Shown: positions 18,400 to 27,752 of the stretch, one piece after another
How the letters are laid out: the number at the start of each line of letters is the position of its first letter
How positions within the stretch are numbered: the first letter of the stretch is position 1
Assembly (NCBI RefSeq): GCF_000008665.1
Contig: NC_000917.1
Location: forward strand, 420,001-452,000
DNA: 32,000 nucleotides
Reading direction: 5' to 3'
Source: Archaeoglobus fulgidus DSM 4304
GTDB taxonomy: Archaea > Halobacteriota > Archaeoglobi > Archaeoglobales > Archaeoglobaceae
Translations under genes and position numbers: made by a program
Notes under the pieces: generated by a model
The model's database searches: none
What the model saw: the letters and a program-made list of their open reading frames with translations, nothing else
Told to the model about the DNA's origin: nothing

Positions 18400-19327
18400 T
18401 ATCGGCGGAGCGAACCTTAAAGTTGCTTCGAAGGATGGATGGGAGATAATATATTTCCCAATGTGGAGGGAGGCGGAGAGGCTAGAGGGCAAGCTGAGGG
18501 AGATTGCAGAGAAATATTCAACTGCTAAAGCAGGAGTTGTGATGACCGCAGAGCTTGCGGACTTTTTCAAGTCAAGGGCAGAGGGTGTTGAGTTTATAGC
18601 AAAGGCCTGCAAAAAGGCCTTCGAAGATGTGAGATTTCTGGACGTTGAAGGCAACTTAAAATCAGACATAGACAATCCCGAAAACTTTGCAGCCAGCAAC
18701 TGGGTGGCTTCTTGCAGATTTCTGCTGGAGGAGGCTTACAGAAACTTTCTCTTCGTTGACATGGGCTCTACAACCACAGATATAATCCCTGTCACTTCTA
18801 AAATTGAGGCTGCAAAAACGGACTTTGAAAGGCTTAAGAGGGGCGAATTAATTTACTTCGGTGTTTTGAGGACACCGGTTTTTTACGTCCTTAAAGAATT
18901 TGAAGGAGCCCCCCTCTGCCCTGAGTTCTTTGCCATAACTGCGGACGTTTTTGTTACCACGGGAGATATTAAAGAAGAGGACTACAGCTGCGACACTCCC
19001 GATGGAAAAGGCAGAAGCAGAGAGGAGTGCATGAGAAGGCTTGCAAGGACAGTTTGCAGTGATCTGGAGGAGCTTGGAGAGGAAAAGGTTAAAGAGCTTG
19101 CTCTGGAAGCGAAATGGGCCATGATTGACAGGCTGTCTGAAGTTATCGAGCATAAGTCAAAGATTTACGGCTTAAAGACTGTCTTCGCATGCGGCATTGG
19201 AGAGTTTTTGATTGCTGAAGCCTGTGAGGAGGCAGGTGCGGAGTGCAGATTGATTTCGGAGCTATATGGGGATTATTCAAAGCTTTTCCCCGCTTACGCA
19301 ATGCTAAAGCTTGTTGAGCAGCATTGA
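18380..19327 (+). CDS. mfnF: MfnF-like ASKHA-fold enzyme (H4MPT-linked C1 transfer / methanofuran biosynthesis family)
   Basis: Starts MSSLGIDIGGANLKVASKDG; FVDMGSTTTDIIPV; GVLRTPVFYVL. Recognised by memory of the family, not by a search. Confidence 0.7.
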   Translation: MSSLGIDIGGANLKVASKDGWEIIYFPMWREAERLEGKLREIAEKYSTAKAGVVMTAELADFFKSRAEGVEFIAKACKKAFEDVRFLDVEGNLKSDIDNPENFAASNWVASCRFLLEEAYRNFLFVDMGSTTTDIIPVTSKIEAAKTDFERLKRGELIYFGVLRTPVFYVLKEFEGAPLCPEFFAITADVFVTTGDIKEEDYSCDTPDGKGRSREECMRRLARTVCSDLEELGEEKVKELALEAKWAMIDRLSEVIEHKSKIYGLKTVFACGIGEFLIAEACEEAGAECRLISELYGDYSKLFPAYAMLKLVEQH

Positions 19328-19843
19328 GCGGTAAAGGATTTCACAGGAGTGTTCAACGTAGCTTGCTTTGTTGTAAGCATCCCTCAAGCTCTTTCCTGCT
19401 GCGTAGATTCCGTGATTTCTTACAACAGCCACACCTTTCCTTTTCACTACCTCAGCTATCCCTTCAGCGAGCTCTGGAGAGCCGAACTGCCCTTCAACAA
19501 CCTCAACTTCGCCAAAGTAAAGCTTGCCTTCCAGATCAAGGGGCTCAATCCTGTCCATTTTGTTCCCCAAAACCACGTTGAAAACACCATGACAGTGCAG
19601 GACAGCGTTGTAGTCAGTTTTCTCGTAAATCTTGAGGTGGATTAGCTGGTCAACTGATGCTTCCTTCACAAACTCTCCCGGCTTGATTTTGACGAAGGAT
19701 GAATCGGTTAGGTCATCAAGATTCTCACCGGAGCGGGTTATGTAAATTGAATCAGCCATTTTGAAGCTCATATTACCGCTCGCCCCGTCAATTAGCCTAG
19801 CTGCAGCGAGAAGTTTTCCAACCTTTATCGCCTCTTCGAACAT
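19304..19843 (-). CDS. Class II aldolase/adducin family, fuculose-1-phosphate aldolase-like
   Basis: DGASGNMSFK, YNAVLHCHGVFNVVLG, VVRNHGIYAAGKSLRDAYNKASYVEHSCEI. ATG at 19843 chosen because a TTTTTAAA box lies about 25 nt upstream. Confidence 0.85.
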   Translation of the reverse strand: MFEEAIKVGKLLAAARLIDGASGNMSFKMADSIYITRSGENLDDLTDSSFVKIKPGEFVKEASVDQLIHLKIYEKTDYNAVLHCHGVFNVVLGNKMDRIEPLDLEGKLYFGEVEVVEGQFGSPELAEGIAEVVKRKGVAVVRNHGIYAAGKSLRDAYNKASYVEHSCEILYRSMLLNKL

Positions 19844-19928
19844 GATTTCAAAAGAACGAAACATTTAAAAATCTTTTTTCTCTATTGAAGGTTGCCTTAG
19901 GGCTATTTTAAAAAGCAAAAACAAAGTG

Positions 19929-20570
19929 ATGAGCATGATAGAGGAGAAGATATATAAGGGAACCACGACGGTGGGCTTGGTTTGTAAGGACGGAGTAGTC
20001 ATGGCTACCGAAAAGAGAGCCACGATGGGAAACTTCATTGCCAGCAAAGCTGCAAAGAAAATCTACCAGATTGCCGACAGAATGGCCATGACCACCGCGG
20101 GCAGTGTTGGTGACGCTCAGTTCCTCGCAAGGATCATTAAAATCGAGGCAAACCTGTACGAGATAAGGAGGGAAAGAAAACCGACCGTCAGGGCGATAGC
20201 AACCCTAACGTCCAACCTTCTCAACTCCTATCGCTATTTCCCCTACCTGGTGCAGCTTCTCATAGGCGGAATTGACTCAGAGGGGAAGAGCATATACTCC
20301 ATCGACCCAATCGGTGGTGCAATAGAGGAGAAGGATATCGTTGCCACTGGCAGTGGTAGCCTTACCGCCTACGGTGTGCTTGAGGACAGATTCACACCGG
20401 AAATTGGAGTCGACGAGGCGGTTGAGCTTGCGGTGAGGGCCATATACTCCGCAATGAAAAGAGACTCTGCTTCGGGAGATGGAATTGACGTGGTGAAGAT
20501 AACTGAGGATGAGTTTTACCAGTACAGTCCCGAAGAGGTTGAGCAGATACTGGCCAAGTTCAGGAAATAA
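19929..20570 (+). CDS. psmB: 20S proteasome beta subunit
   Basis: Short propeptide ending KG before the catalytic Thr ([29 protein letters not shown]), then [15 protein letters not shown]. Confidence 0.96.
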   Translation: MSMIEEKIYKGTTTVGLVCKDGVVMATEKRATMGNFIASKAAKKIYQIADRMAMTTAGSVGDAQFLARIIKIEANLYEIRRERKPTVRAIATLTSNLLNSYRYFPYLVQLLIGGIDSEGKSIYSIDPIGGAIEEKDIVATGSGSLTAYGVLEDRFTPEIGVDEAVELAVRAIYSAMKRDSASGDGIDVVKITEDEFYQYSPEEVEQILAKFRK

Positions 20571-20572
20571 GG

Positions 20573-22471
20573 ATGACGAAGTATCTGGATGAAATACGGG
20601 AGAAGGTAAAGGAGTACCTACCGCCGAAGGTTAGGGTAAAGAGCATAGAATTCGAGGGGCCTCAGCTTGTAATATACGTTGAGAACCCGCAGGAGCTGGC
20701 AGAGGTCGATATAGTCAAGAAACTCGCAAAGGACCTGAGAAAGAGAATTATCATTCGAGCTGATCCGAAATCCCTGAAACCTCCTGAGAAGGCAAGGCAG
20801 ATAATAATGCAAATCGTTCCCGAGGATGCAAGGATTTCCAACATCTTTTTTGACGAAGAGAACGGCGAGGTAATAATAGAAGCGGAGAAGCCGGGAGTTG
20901 TCATCGGAAAGCAGGGCTCCACATTCAGAGAGATAATGCGAGCCGTTGGCTGGAGCCCGAGAGTCGTTCGAACTCCACCCATAAAGTCCAAGATTATCGA
21001 CAACATCAGAAACTACCTGCTGAGCGTGAGAGAGGAGAGGAGCGAAATTCTGAAGAGAATTGGGGAAAGGATACACAGAACCTCGCTCATAGACGAAAAG
21101 TGGGTGAGGGTAACTTTCCTCGGCGGTAGCAGAGAGGTGGGGAGAAGCTGCTACTTGCTCCAGACACCTGAGAGCAGAATTCTGATTGACTGCGGAGTGA
21201 ATGTGAGCAATCTCTCAAGCACACCTTACCTGTATGTTCCAGAAGTGCAGCCACTCGACGCCCTTGATGCTGTTGTGATAACTCACGCTCACCTCGACCA
21301 CTGCGGGCTCGTGCCGTTGCTTTACAAATTCGGCTACAGAGGGCCGATTTACCTCACACCCCCAACGAGGGACCTGATGGTTTTGCTTCAGCTTGATTTT
21401 CTTGAAGTGGCGGGTAGAGAGGGGACAAACCCTCCCTACAGCTCAAATCTCATCAGGGAGGCTTTGAAGCACACAATAACTCTTGATTACGGAGTTGTTA
21501 CGGATATCAGCCCCGACGTGAGGCTGACCTTCTACAACGCCGGCCACATTCTCGGGTCCGCCATCGCTCACTTCCACATCGGGGAGGGGCACTACAACAT
21601 TGCATTTACGGGAGACTTCAAGTTCGAGAAGACAAGGCTGTTCGACAGGGCTGCGACCAATTTTCCCAGGCTTGAAGCGCTAGTGATGGAAGCAACCTAC
21701 GGTGGTCCAAACGACTTCCAGCCTTCAAGGAAGGAAGCTGAGGAGAGGCTGATAGAGGTCATCAACAGAACTCTCGACAGGGGAGGAAAGGTGCTGATTC
21801 CAACTTTCGCAGTGGGAAGGAGCCAAGAAGTAATGATCGTTCTTGAGGAAGCTATGAGAGAGAAGAGGCTGAGGGAAACATACGTTTACCTCGACGGAAT
21901 GATTTACGAGGCAACGGCAATCCATACAGCGTATCCAGAGTACCTTAACGCACAACTCCGAGACCTGATTTTCTACCACGGGATAAATCCCTTCATAAGC
22001 GAAAATTTCGTTAGGGTCGATTCCTCCTCAAAGAGGGAGGAAGTTATAAGCGACCCATCACCGAGCATCATAATAGCCACCTCAGGTATGCTAAACGGTG
22101 GGCCTGTGATGGAGTACTTCAGGCATCTTGCTGAGGACGAGAGAAACACCATCGTCTTTGTTGGCTATCAGGCTGAAGGGACGCTGGGGAGGAAAATCCA
22201 AAAGGGTTGGAAGGAGGTACCTTTCCCAGTTGATGGTAGAAGAGAGGTTGTTGAGGTAAAGATGGAAGTTGAGACCGTTGACGGATTCTCGGGCCACTCC
22301 GACAGGAAGCAGCTTATGAACTACATACGCTACCTCAACTCCAAGCCAGAGAAGGTTGCAACAGTGCACGGAGACGAGTCGAAGTGCATAGATTTAGCCT
22401 CAAGCATATACAAGACCTACAGAATCGAAACGAGAGCTCCGATGAATCTGGAGACGATTAGGTTTGTTTGA
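20573..22471 (+). CDS. fttA: aCPSF1/FttA: KH-MBL-beta-CASP ribonuclease (transcription termination / mRNA 3'-end processing)
   Basis: N-terminal KH domains (GVVIGKQGSTFREI), THAHLDHCG, MBL/beta-CASP motifs, C-terminal FSGHSDRKQL. Confidence 0.93.
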   Translation: MTKYLDEIREKVKEYLPPKVRVKSIEFEGPQLVIYVENPQELAEVDIVKKLAKDLRKRIIIRADPKSLKPPEKARQIIMQIVPEDARISNIFFDEENGEVIIEAEKPGVVIGKQGSTFREIMRAVGWSPRVVRTPPIKSKIIDNIRNYLLSVREERSEILKRIGERIHRTSLIDEKWVRVTFLGGSREVGRSCYLLQTPESRILIDCGVNVSNLSSTPYLYVPEVQPLDALDAVVITHAHLDHCGLVPLLYKFGYRGPIYLTPPTRDLMVLLQLDFLEVAGREGTNPPYSSNLIREALKHTITLDYGVVTDISPDVRLTFYNAGHILGSAIAHFHIGEGHYNIAFTGDFKFEKTRLFDRAATNFPRLEALVMEATYGGPNDFQPSRKEAEERLIEVINRTLDRGGKVLIPTFAVGRSQEVMIVLEEAMREKRLRETYVYLDGMIYEATAIHTAYPEYLNAQLRDLIFYHGINPFISENFVRVDSSSKREEVISDPSPSIIIATSGMLNGGPVMEYFRHLAEDERNTIVFVGYQAEGTLGRKIQKGWKEVPFPVDGRREVVEVKMEVETVDGFSGHSDRKQLMNYIRYLNSKPEKVATVHGDESKCIDLASSIYKTYRIETRAPMNLETIRFV

Positions 22472-22572
22472 GGTTTTATTTCAAGTACAAAAACGTTTGT
22501 AAGGGAACTCTATTTCAACTCGAAAAATGCAGGTTTGGATACTTTTATTACACCTGAAATCAAACTCCCACC

Positions 22573-22788
22573 ATGAAGAGGATTCTCGTCTGTCCGGTTT
22601 GCAAATCAAAGGAAGTGGAGCTTGATGCTGGCGGTTATACGGGGAAGTACTACTGCAAAAACTGTGGATACGTGGGAAGCTTCATATTGGAGATGACCGA
22701 GGGAGAATACAGAGAAATGATGGAGAAGGAGAAGTTTGAAAGGAAAGAAGATGAGAAATCAAAGCCGAAAGGTGTGAGGGAGGATTAA
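22573..22788 (+). CDS. Small zinc-ribbon protein, 71 aa
   Basis: CPVCKSKEVELDAGGYTGKYYCKNCG: two CxxC knuckles. Confidence 0.8.
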   Translation: MKRILVCPVCKSKEVELDAGGYTGKYYCKNCGYVGSFILEMTEGEYREMMEKEKFERKEDEKSKPKGVRED

Positions 22789-22821
22789 ATTAAGTTTATA
22801 TTCCCCCGACCAACTTTTTTC

Positions 22822-23958
22822 ATGGAAGAGGTTTCATCTCACGTAAAATCCGGAAAGCCTGTAATGATTCTTGATTCGGAAAAAAGCGCCATCTGCATTC
22901 CCGCAGAGGTTGTCAGCGGAGAAATACTCAACTTCATGATGAAGAACTGCGATGAGATTCGTTTGGCCTTAACCTGGAAGCAGATTCTTAACCTCGGCCT
23001 TAACAGGTTCAGGTTCCAGAACGGGAACTTAATTCCAATCGACCCAAATCTTGAGAAAATTTCGGCAGAGGAAAGGGCAAAATTCATCAGAGAGTTGGTT
23101 AGCGGTAATGCTGGCGACATCAAGTATCCCGGCAGAATATTCGTAGAAGAGACCAAGGAGATGGGAGTGCTGGAGAGGCCGGGGATAGCCGAAGCTTGCG
23201 TTGATCTGGCGAGGATGGCAGGGTTCGCCCCCTCTGCCGTTTACGCTCCTCTCATGACGGCAGAAGGTGGCGTTGCTGGGGAGGATTATGCTCTAAAATT
23301 TGCCAAAGAGCACTCAATGCCCGTTTTCAGGATAAAAGACATGATTGAGTTCAGGATAAAGTCAGAAAAGATTGTTGAGAGGGTTATTGAAGCCACTCTC
23401 CCGACAAAGTTCTACGGCACCTTCAGGGCTGTGGGCTACAAAACACCTTTGGGGGAGATAGTCGCCCTCGTTAAGGGTAGGGTTGATGAGGGAGACGTTC
23501 TGGTTAGAATCCACTCGGAGTGCCTGACGGGCGACGTTTTTCACTCACTGCGGTGTGATTGCGGAGACCAGCTTGAGAACGCTCTGAAAATGATTGACAG
23601 AGAGGGTAAGGGCGTGGCAATCTACATGAGGGGCCATGAGGGCAGAGGGATAGGGCTCATAAACAAGCTTATGGCCTACAAGCTTCAGGAAGAGGGAAAG
23701 GATACCGTAGATGCAAACATCGAGCTCGGATTTCCTCCCGACATGAGGAGCTACGGAATCGCCGCCCAGATTCTCATGGATTTGAAGGTCAAGAGCATCA
23801 GGCTGCTCACCAACAATCCCCTCAAAATAGAGGAGCTTAAGAAGTACGGATTCAAAATCGTTAGAGAGCCGATTGAGGTAGAACCCTGCGAGGTCAATCT
23901 GCCCTATCTTAAAGCGAAGAAGGACAAGATGGGACACTTGATATGCTTCAACGACTGA
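22822..23958 (+). CDS. Degenerate RibB-like domain fused to GTP cyclohydrolase II
   Basis: C-terminal half has ECLTGDVFHSLRCDCGDQL, RGHEGRGIGL, RLLTNNPLKIEEL. N-terminal half is alignable to DHBP synthase but lacks its catalytic motifs. Confidence 0.88.
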   Translation: MEEVSSHVKSGKPVMILDSEKSAICIPAEVVSGEILNFMMKNCDEIRLALTWKQILNLGLNRFRFQNGNLIPIDPNLEKISAEERAKFIRELVSGNAGDIKYPGRIFVEETKEMGVLERPGIAEACVDLARMAGFAPSAVYAPLMTAEGGVAGEDYALKFAKEHSMPVFRIKDMIEFRIKSEKIVERVIEATLPTKFYGTFRAVGYKTPLGEIVALVKGRVDEGDVLVRIHSECLTGDVFHSLRCDCGDQLENALKMIDREGKGVAIYMRGHEGRGIGLINKLMAYKLQEEGKDTVDANIELGFPPDMRSYGIAAQILMDLKVKSIRLLTNNPLKIEELKKYGFKIVREPIEVEPCEVNLPYLKAKKDKMGHLICFND

Positions 23959-24680
23959 TTTGTGAGTGTGGAGCTGAGCTGAGCAGCTGCGCGGCCTTCT
24001 GCCTTAACTGTGGGAGGAGACACGCTGTTGGTTGCGGAGTTTACGTTTCTGAAAGCAGGGTTTTCGTCAGAATTTTTGGAGAGAGGGATTTTGAGGAGTT
24101 TTCAATTAAGAGGTACGATGAGGATGTTTCGATAAGAAACCTCTACGAGATTCTTGCAGAGAGAATTTACTCCTACAGAGTGGAGAGCATTGTGGTTTCA
24201 GGAGAGAGCGAGGAGCTTATTGATGAGGCGCTAGAGGGGTTGAGGAGCACGCTTTACCCCTTTGACGTTTCGGTGAGCGACGCATTTGATTCGCCACAAA
24301 GCTTCTTTGAGAGGTTGGAGCGTGTTTTGAGGCTGGAAAAGGAGCTGAAAACCGTAAAAATACCTCCGGAAGAAAAGATACACGGCAGCCACTCCACCAT
24401 AATCGGCGGGAGGGAGGGTTATAAGCTGATACTCTCCCTTGCCAAATCACCCTACGTGAAAAAGGTCGTTCCGGGTGTTATTGAGGGAAATGCGACGAGC
24501 ATAGGTGGAGGAGTTAAGCTCAAGCTCACGAGAAGCGACGAAAAGGGGAACGTTAGAGCCTTGCTTATCGACGGCTCCTCCGTGCAGCAGGTTTACGTTA
24601 TAACCACAGCTTCCAGCAGGGAAGAGGGAGAGGAGGTTTTAAAACTTCTTAGCGGGTATGTACGCGATTTACAGGAGTGA
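23943..24680 (+). CDS. DUF2103-type predicted metal-binding protein with N-terminal zinc ribbon
   Basis: CECGAELSSCAAFCLNCGRRH; central HGSHSTIIGG signature. Overlaps the upstream gene by 16 nt. Confidence 0.7.
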   Translation: MLQRLICECGAELSSCAAFCLNCGRRHAVGCGVYVSESRVFVRIFGERDFEEFSIKRYDEDVSIRNLYEILAERIYSYRVESIVVSGESEELIDEALEGLRSTLYPFDVSVSDAFDSPQSFFERLERVLRLEKELKTVKIPPEEKIHGSHSTIIGGREGYKLILSLAKSPYVKKVVPGVIEGNATSIGGGVKLKLTRSDEKGNVRALLIDGSSVQQVYVITTASSREEGEEVLKLLSGYVRDLQE

Positions 24681-25044
24681 GGGCATAGAGGTTGCCATAC
24701 CTTTTGAGTGCAGAATGTGCGGGAAGTGCTGCGAGAAGCTAAGCCAGTGCGTTTACGACCCCAGTAAGGGCAAGATTATTGCAGAGGCGGATTTGGGGCT
24801 ATTTGAGTACGTTGAGCTGAATGACGTTGAGTTGAAAAGCCCTATTCTGATCAAACCGTGTCCTTTCCTCAAAGATAACAGATGCGCAATTCATGAAATC
24901 AGACCGAAAAGCTGCAGGGAGTTTCCCTTAACGGAGAGGGGAGACATGGGTGTGGGCTGTGAAGGCTACAGGGAAATTCGAGCGAAGGCTAAGGCTGTGG
25001 AAAAAGCGCTGGGAAAGCTTGAGTTTGCCGGAAGGCTGGACTGA
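24658..25044 (+). CDS. YkgJ-like Cys-cluster (Zn/Fe-chelating) protein
   Basis: FECRMCGKCCEKL...KPCPFLKDNRCAIHEIRPKSCREFPL. Confidence 0.85.
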   Translation: MYAIYRSEGIEVAIPFECRMCGKCCEKLSQCVYDPSKGKIIAEADLGLFEYVELNDVELKSPILIKPCPFLKDNRCAIHEIRPKSCREFPLTERGDMGVGCEGYREIRAKAKAVEKALGKLEFAGRLD

Positions 25045-25101
25045 CGGAGGCTGGATTAGTCAAAACATAAAAATTAAATAATTTCAAATTTCATCGAAGC
25101 T

Positions 25102-27435
25102 ATGAAGAAATTGTATGCGGCCATCCCGTTGGCAGTTCTGGTTTTGCTCGTCCTTCTTGCCCACAGCTACTTGAACCTGCTTGCCCCCTTCAGCGGCAGC
25201 TTGTGGGAAATTGATATATCAAAGGAAATTCCCAACCCCTACGGGTGGGCGGAGGTTTACTTTGACGAATACGGTGTGCCGCACATAGTTGCGGAGAACG
25301 AAAAAGCTCTTGCTTTTGCTGTCGGCTACGTTCATGCCAAAGACAGGCTTTTCCAGATGGACCTGCACCGCAGGATGATGAAGGGGCAGCTTAGCGAGGT
25401 TTTCGGTGAAGACTTCTTCGATTCAGACGAATTCCATGTTAAAATGGACTTTTTGGGGGCTGCGGAGGCTTCTTGGAGTGTTCTCAAGGATTCTGAAATT
25501 GGCGATTTGCTCGTTGCCTACAGCGAGGGTGTTAATTACTACATCAAAAATCGCCCACTTCCGATGGAGTTCAAGCTTGCAGGATACAAGCCTAAGGAGT
25601 GGACACCAGTTGACTCACTTCTCCTCGGAAAGGAGATATCCTGGAGTCTGACGGGCAGGTTCTGGGATCTGGAAAGGTCCTTTATTGTTGAAAAGCTTGG
25701 TGAAAAAGCTCTGGAGCTTTATCCGGACTACTTGAACCACTCTTACCCGATAATCAGAACGGGAATGGTGAACAAATCTCTGCTCGAATGGCTAAAGCCT
25801 TTTGAGGCTAAAGACGGTTTTGGCTCGAACAACTGGGTTGTTTCCGGCAAGCTCACAGCAAACGGAAAGCCGATGCTTGCCAACGACCCCCATCTGCTCC
25901 TAATGGCTCCTCCCGTTTGGTATGAAATGCACCTGAAAGTGAACGGAGAGAATGTGAGAGGTGTCTCCCTTCCCGGTGTGCCAGTTATTCTGATAGGAAT
26001 GAACGATTACGTTGCCTGGGGCTTCACCAACGTAGGGGCGGATGTAATAGACTTCTACTACTACGTGTGGAACGGAGATAAGTATCTCTACAAGGGAGAG
26101 TGGCTCGAACCGGAAAAATCGATTAAAGTTGTGAAGGTTAAGACCAAAAAGGGCATTGAGGAGAGGCAGGTGGTTGTGGAGAAAACCGTTCACGGGCCCG
26201 TGTTGGAGAAGTACGGCAGGAAGATTGCCGTTGCGTGGACGGGCTTAACGGCAACGACCGAGGCGCTTGCGGTTTACAAGTACAACCACGCGCACAACAT
26301 CTCGGAATTCATGGAGGGGCTGAAGCTCTTCGACGTACCAGCACAAAACGTCGTCTATGCGGATATTTACGGAAACGTGATGTACTACCCCGCAGGAAAG
26401 TTCCCTATAAGGCTGGTCAACGGAACAGAGGTTCCGGGAAACGTTATCTTCAACGGCTCGGCGGGAGAGGGGGAGTGGAGAGGCTTCAAACCTTACGGCA
26501 TCTCCAGCTGGGACGGCTTCATCCCATTTGAGGAGATTCCCCACCTGATAAACCCTGACTACGTTGGAACGGCGAACCAGAGGGTGGTGTTCGGCTATCA
26601 GCACTACCTCGGCGATTCGATGTACTTCGCAGACCCCTACAGAGGGATGAGGATTTACGAGATGCTTGATGAAGCCGCCAACTCAGGCGAGAAGATTACC
26701 CCCGAATACTTCATGAAAATGCAGAGAGACGTTTACTCCAAACCGGCTGAGTTCTTCACACCCTTCATCTTCGAGGCTGAGGAAAAAATGAGTGATAAGG
26801 CGAGGAGTTATGCGGAAAAGCTGAGAAACTGGGACTTCAGAATGCAGAAGGACAGCGAAGCGGCGCTGATATTCTCCATCTGGCTTGATGAGTTCGTTAA
26901 CGAGACCTTTGGGGATGAGTTCTACTCTGCAGGATTGGAAAGCAGCTTCTATCCTCACCTCTACGTCCTCCAGAACTTGCCCTCTAACAGCATATGGTAT
27001 GATGACATCAGAACCGAGCAGAGGGAGCAGAGAGATGATATTGCGGCAAGAGCGATGGAGAAGGCTGTTGAAATCATAGAAACCAAGGGATATAGAGTTT
27101 ATGGGGACTACAACAGGCTTGAAATCAAGCATGCCTTCAGCAGCTTCGTGAAATTCTTCGACTATCCATCCATGCCGATGAATGGCTCCACCTACACCGT
27201 TTTCAACTTCAGAAGGGCCGTTGACTGGGGAACGGGATTATCGCAGGCAGGAAGCAGCTGGAGGATGATAGTCAACTTTGACGAGAACTACTGCGTAATT
27301 CCGGGTGGGAATTCGGGCAACTACTTCTCTCCCCACTACTACGATCAGCTCGAAATGTGGGCGAATGGGCAGTACAAGAGCTTTGATTTCAACGTGAGGG
27401 GTGAAAAGATAGTTTTCAGGGAGGTGAGCTCATGA
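25102..27435 (+). CDS. Penicillin amidase/acylase family (Ntn-hydrolase), membrane-anchored or secreted
   Basis: Hydrophobic N-terminus; GWAEVYFDEYGVPHIVAENEKALAFAVGYVHAKDRLFQMDLHRR; autoprocessing site G|SNNWVVSG; MLANDPHL. Confidence 0.9.
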   Translation: MKKLYAAIPLAVLVLLVLLAHSYLNLLAPFSGSLWEIDISKEIPNPYGWAEVYFDEYGVPHIVAENEKALAFAVGYVHAKDRLFQMDLHRRMMKGQLSEVFGEDFFDSDEFHVKMDFLGAAEASWSVLKDSEIGDLLVAYSEGVNYYIKNRPLPMEFKLAGYKPKEWTPVDSLLLGKEISWSLTGRFWDLERSFIVEKLGEKALELYPDYLNHSYPIIRTGMVNKSLLEWLKPFEAKDGFGSNNWVVSGKLTANGKPMLANDPHLLLMAPPVWYEMHLKVNGENVRGVSLPGVPVILIGMNDYVAWGFTNVGADVIDFYYYVWNGDKYLYKGEWLEPEKSIKVVKVKTKKGIEERQVVVEKTVHGPVLEKYGRKIAVAWTGLTATTEALAVYKYNHAHNISEFMEGLKLFDVPAQNVVYADIYGNVMYYPAGKFPIRLVNGTEVPGNVIFNGSAGEGEWRGFKPYGISSWDGFIPFEEIPHLINPDYVGTANQRVVFGYQHYLGDSMYFADPYRGMRIYEMLDEAANSGEKITPEYFMKMQRDVYSKPAEFFTPFIFEAEEKMSDKARSYAEKLRNWDFRMQKDSEAALIFSIWLDEFVNETFGDEFYSAGLESSFYPHLYVLQNLPSNSIWYDDIRTEQREQRDDIAARAMEKAVEIIETKGYRVYGDYNRLEIKHAFSSFVKFFDYPSMPMNGSTYTVFNFRRAVDWGTGLSQAGSSWRMIVNFDENYCVIPGGNSGNYFSPHYYDQLEMWANGQYKSFDFNVRGEKIVFREVSS

Positions 27436-27752
27436 AGAGACTTATTTTTGTAATAGGTGTTTTCATCGTAGCTCTTGCGCTCTCCGCTTTCCACTGGGTT
27501 GGCATCATAATCGGAGGGCTGATTGTGGGGTACTTCTCTAAGAATTTGAAGGAAGCGGTTGCTGCTGGCTTAGCGCTGAGCCTGTTCATCTTCGGAGCCT
27601 TTCTTGCCTACTTGGCCTACATGGGAATGCTTGAGAAGTTTCTTACCCTCTCACCACTGCCTTACATAAGCATTCTGCTGTGCATGGCTCTCGCGGTAAT
27701 TTCCGCAACCATCACAAACTTTTTTTCACCTTTCGCAGTAAAGCAATCGTGA
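27432..27752 (+). CDS. Small hydrophobic membrane protein, unknown function
   Basis: 106 aa with several hydrophobic segments; 4-nt overlap with the upstream gene and 4-nt overlap with rnp2. Confidence 0.75.
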   Translation: MKRLIFVIGVFIVALALSAFHWVGIIIGGLIVGYFSKNLKEAVAAGLALSLFIFGAFLAYLAYMGMLEKFLTLSPLPYISILLCMALAVISATITNFFSPFAVKQS

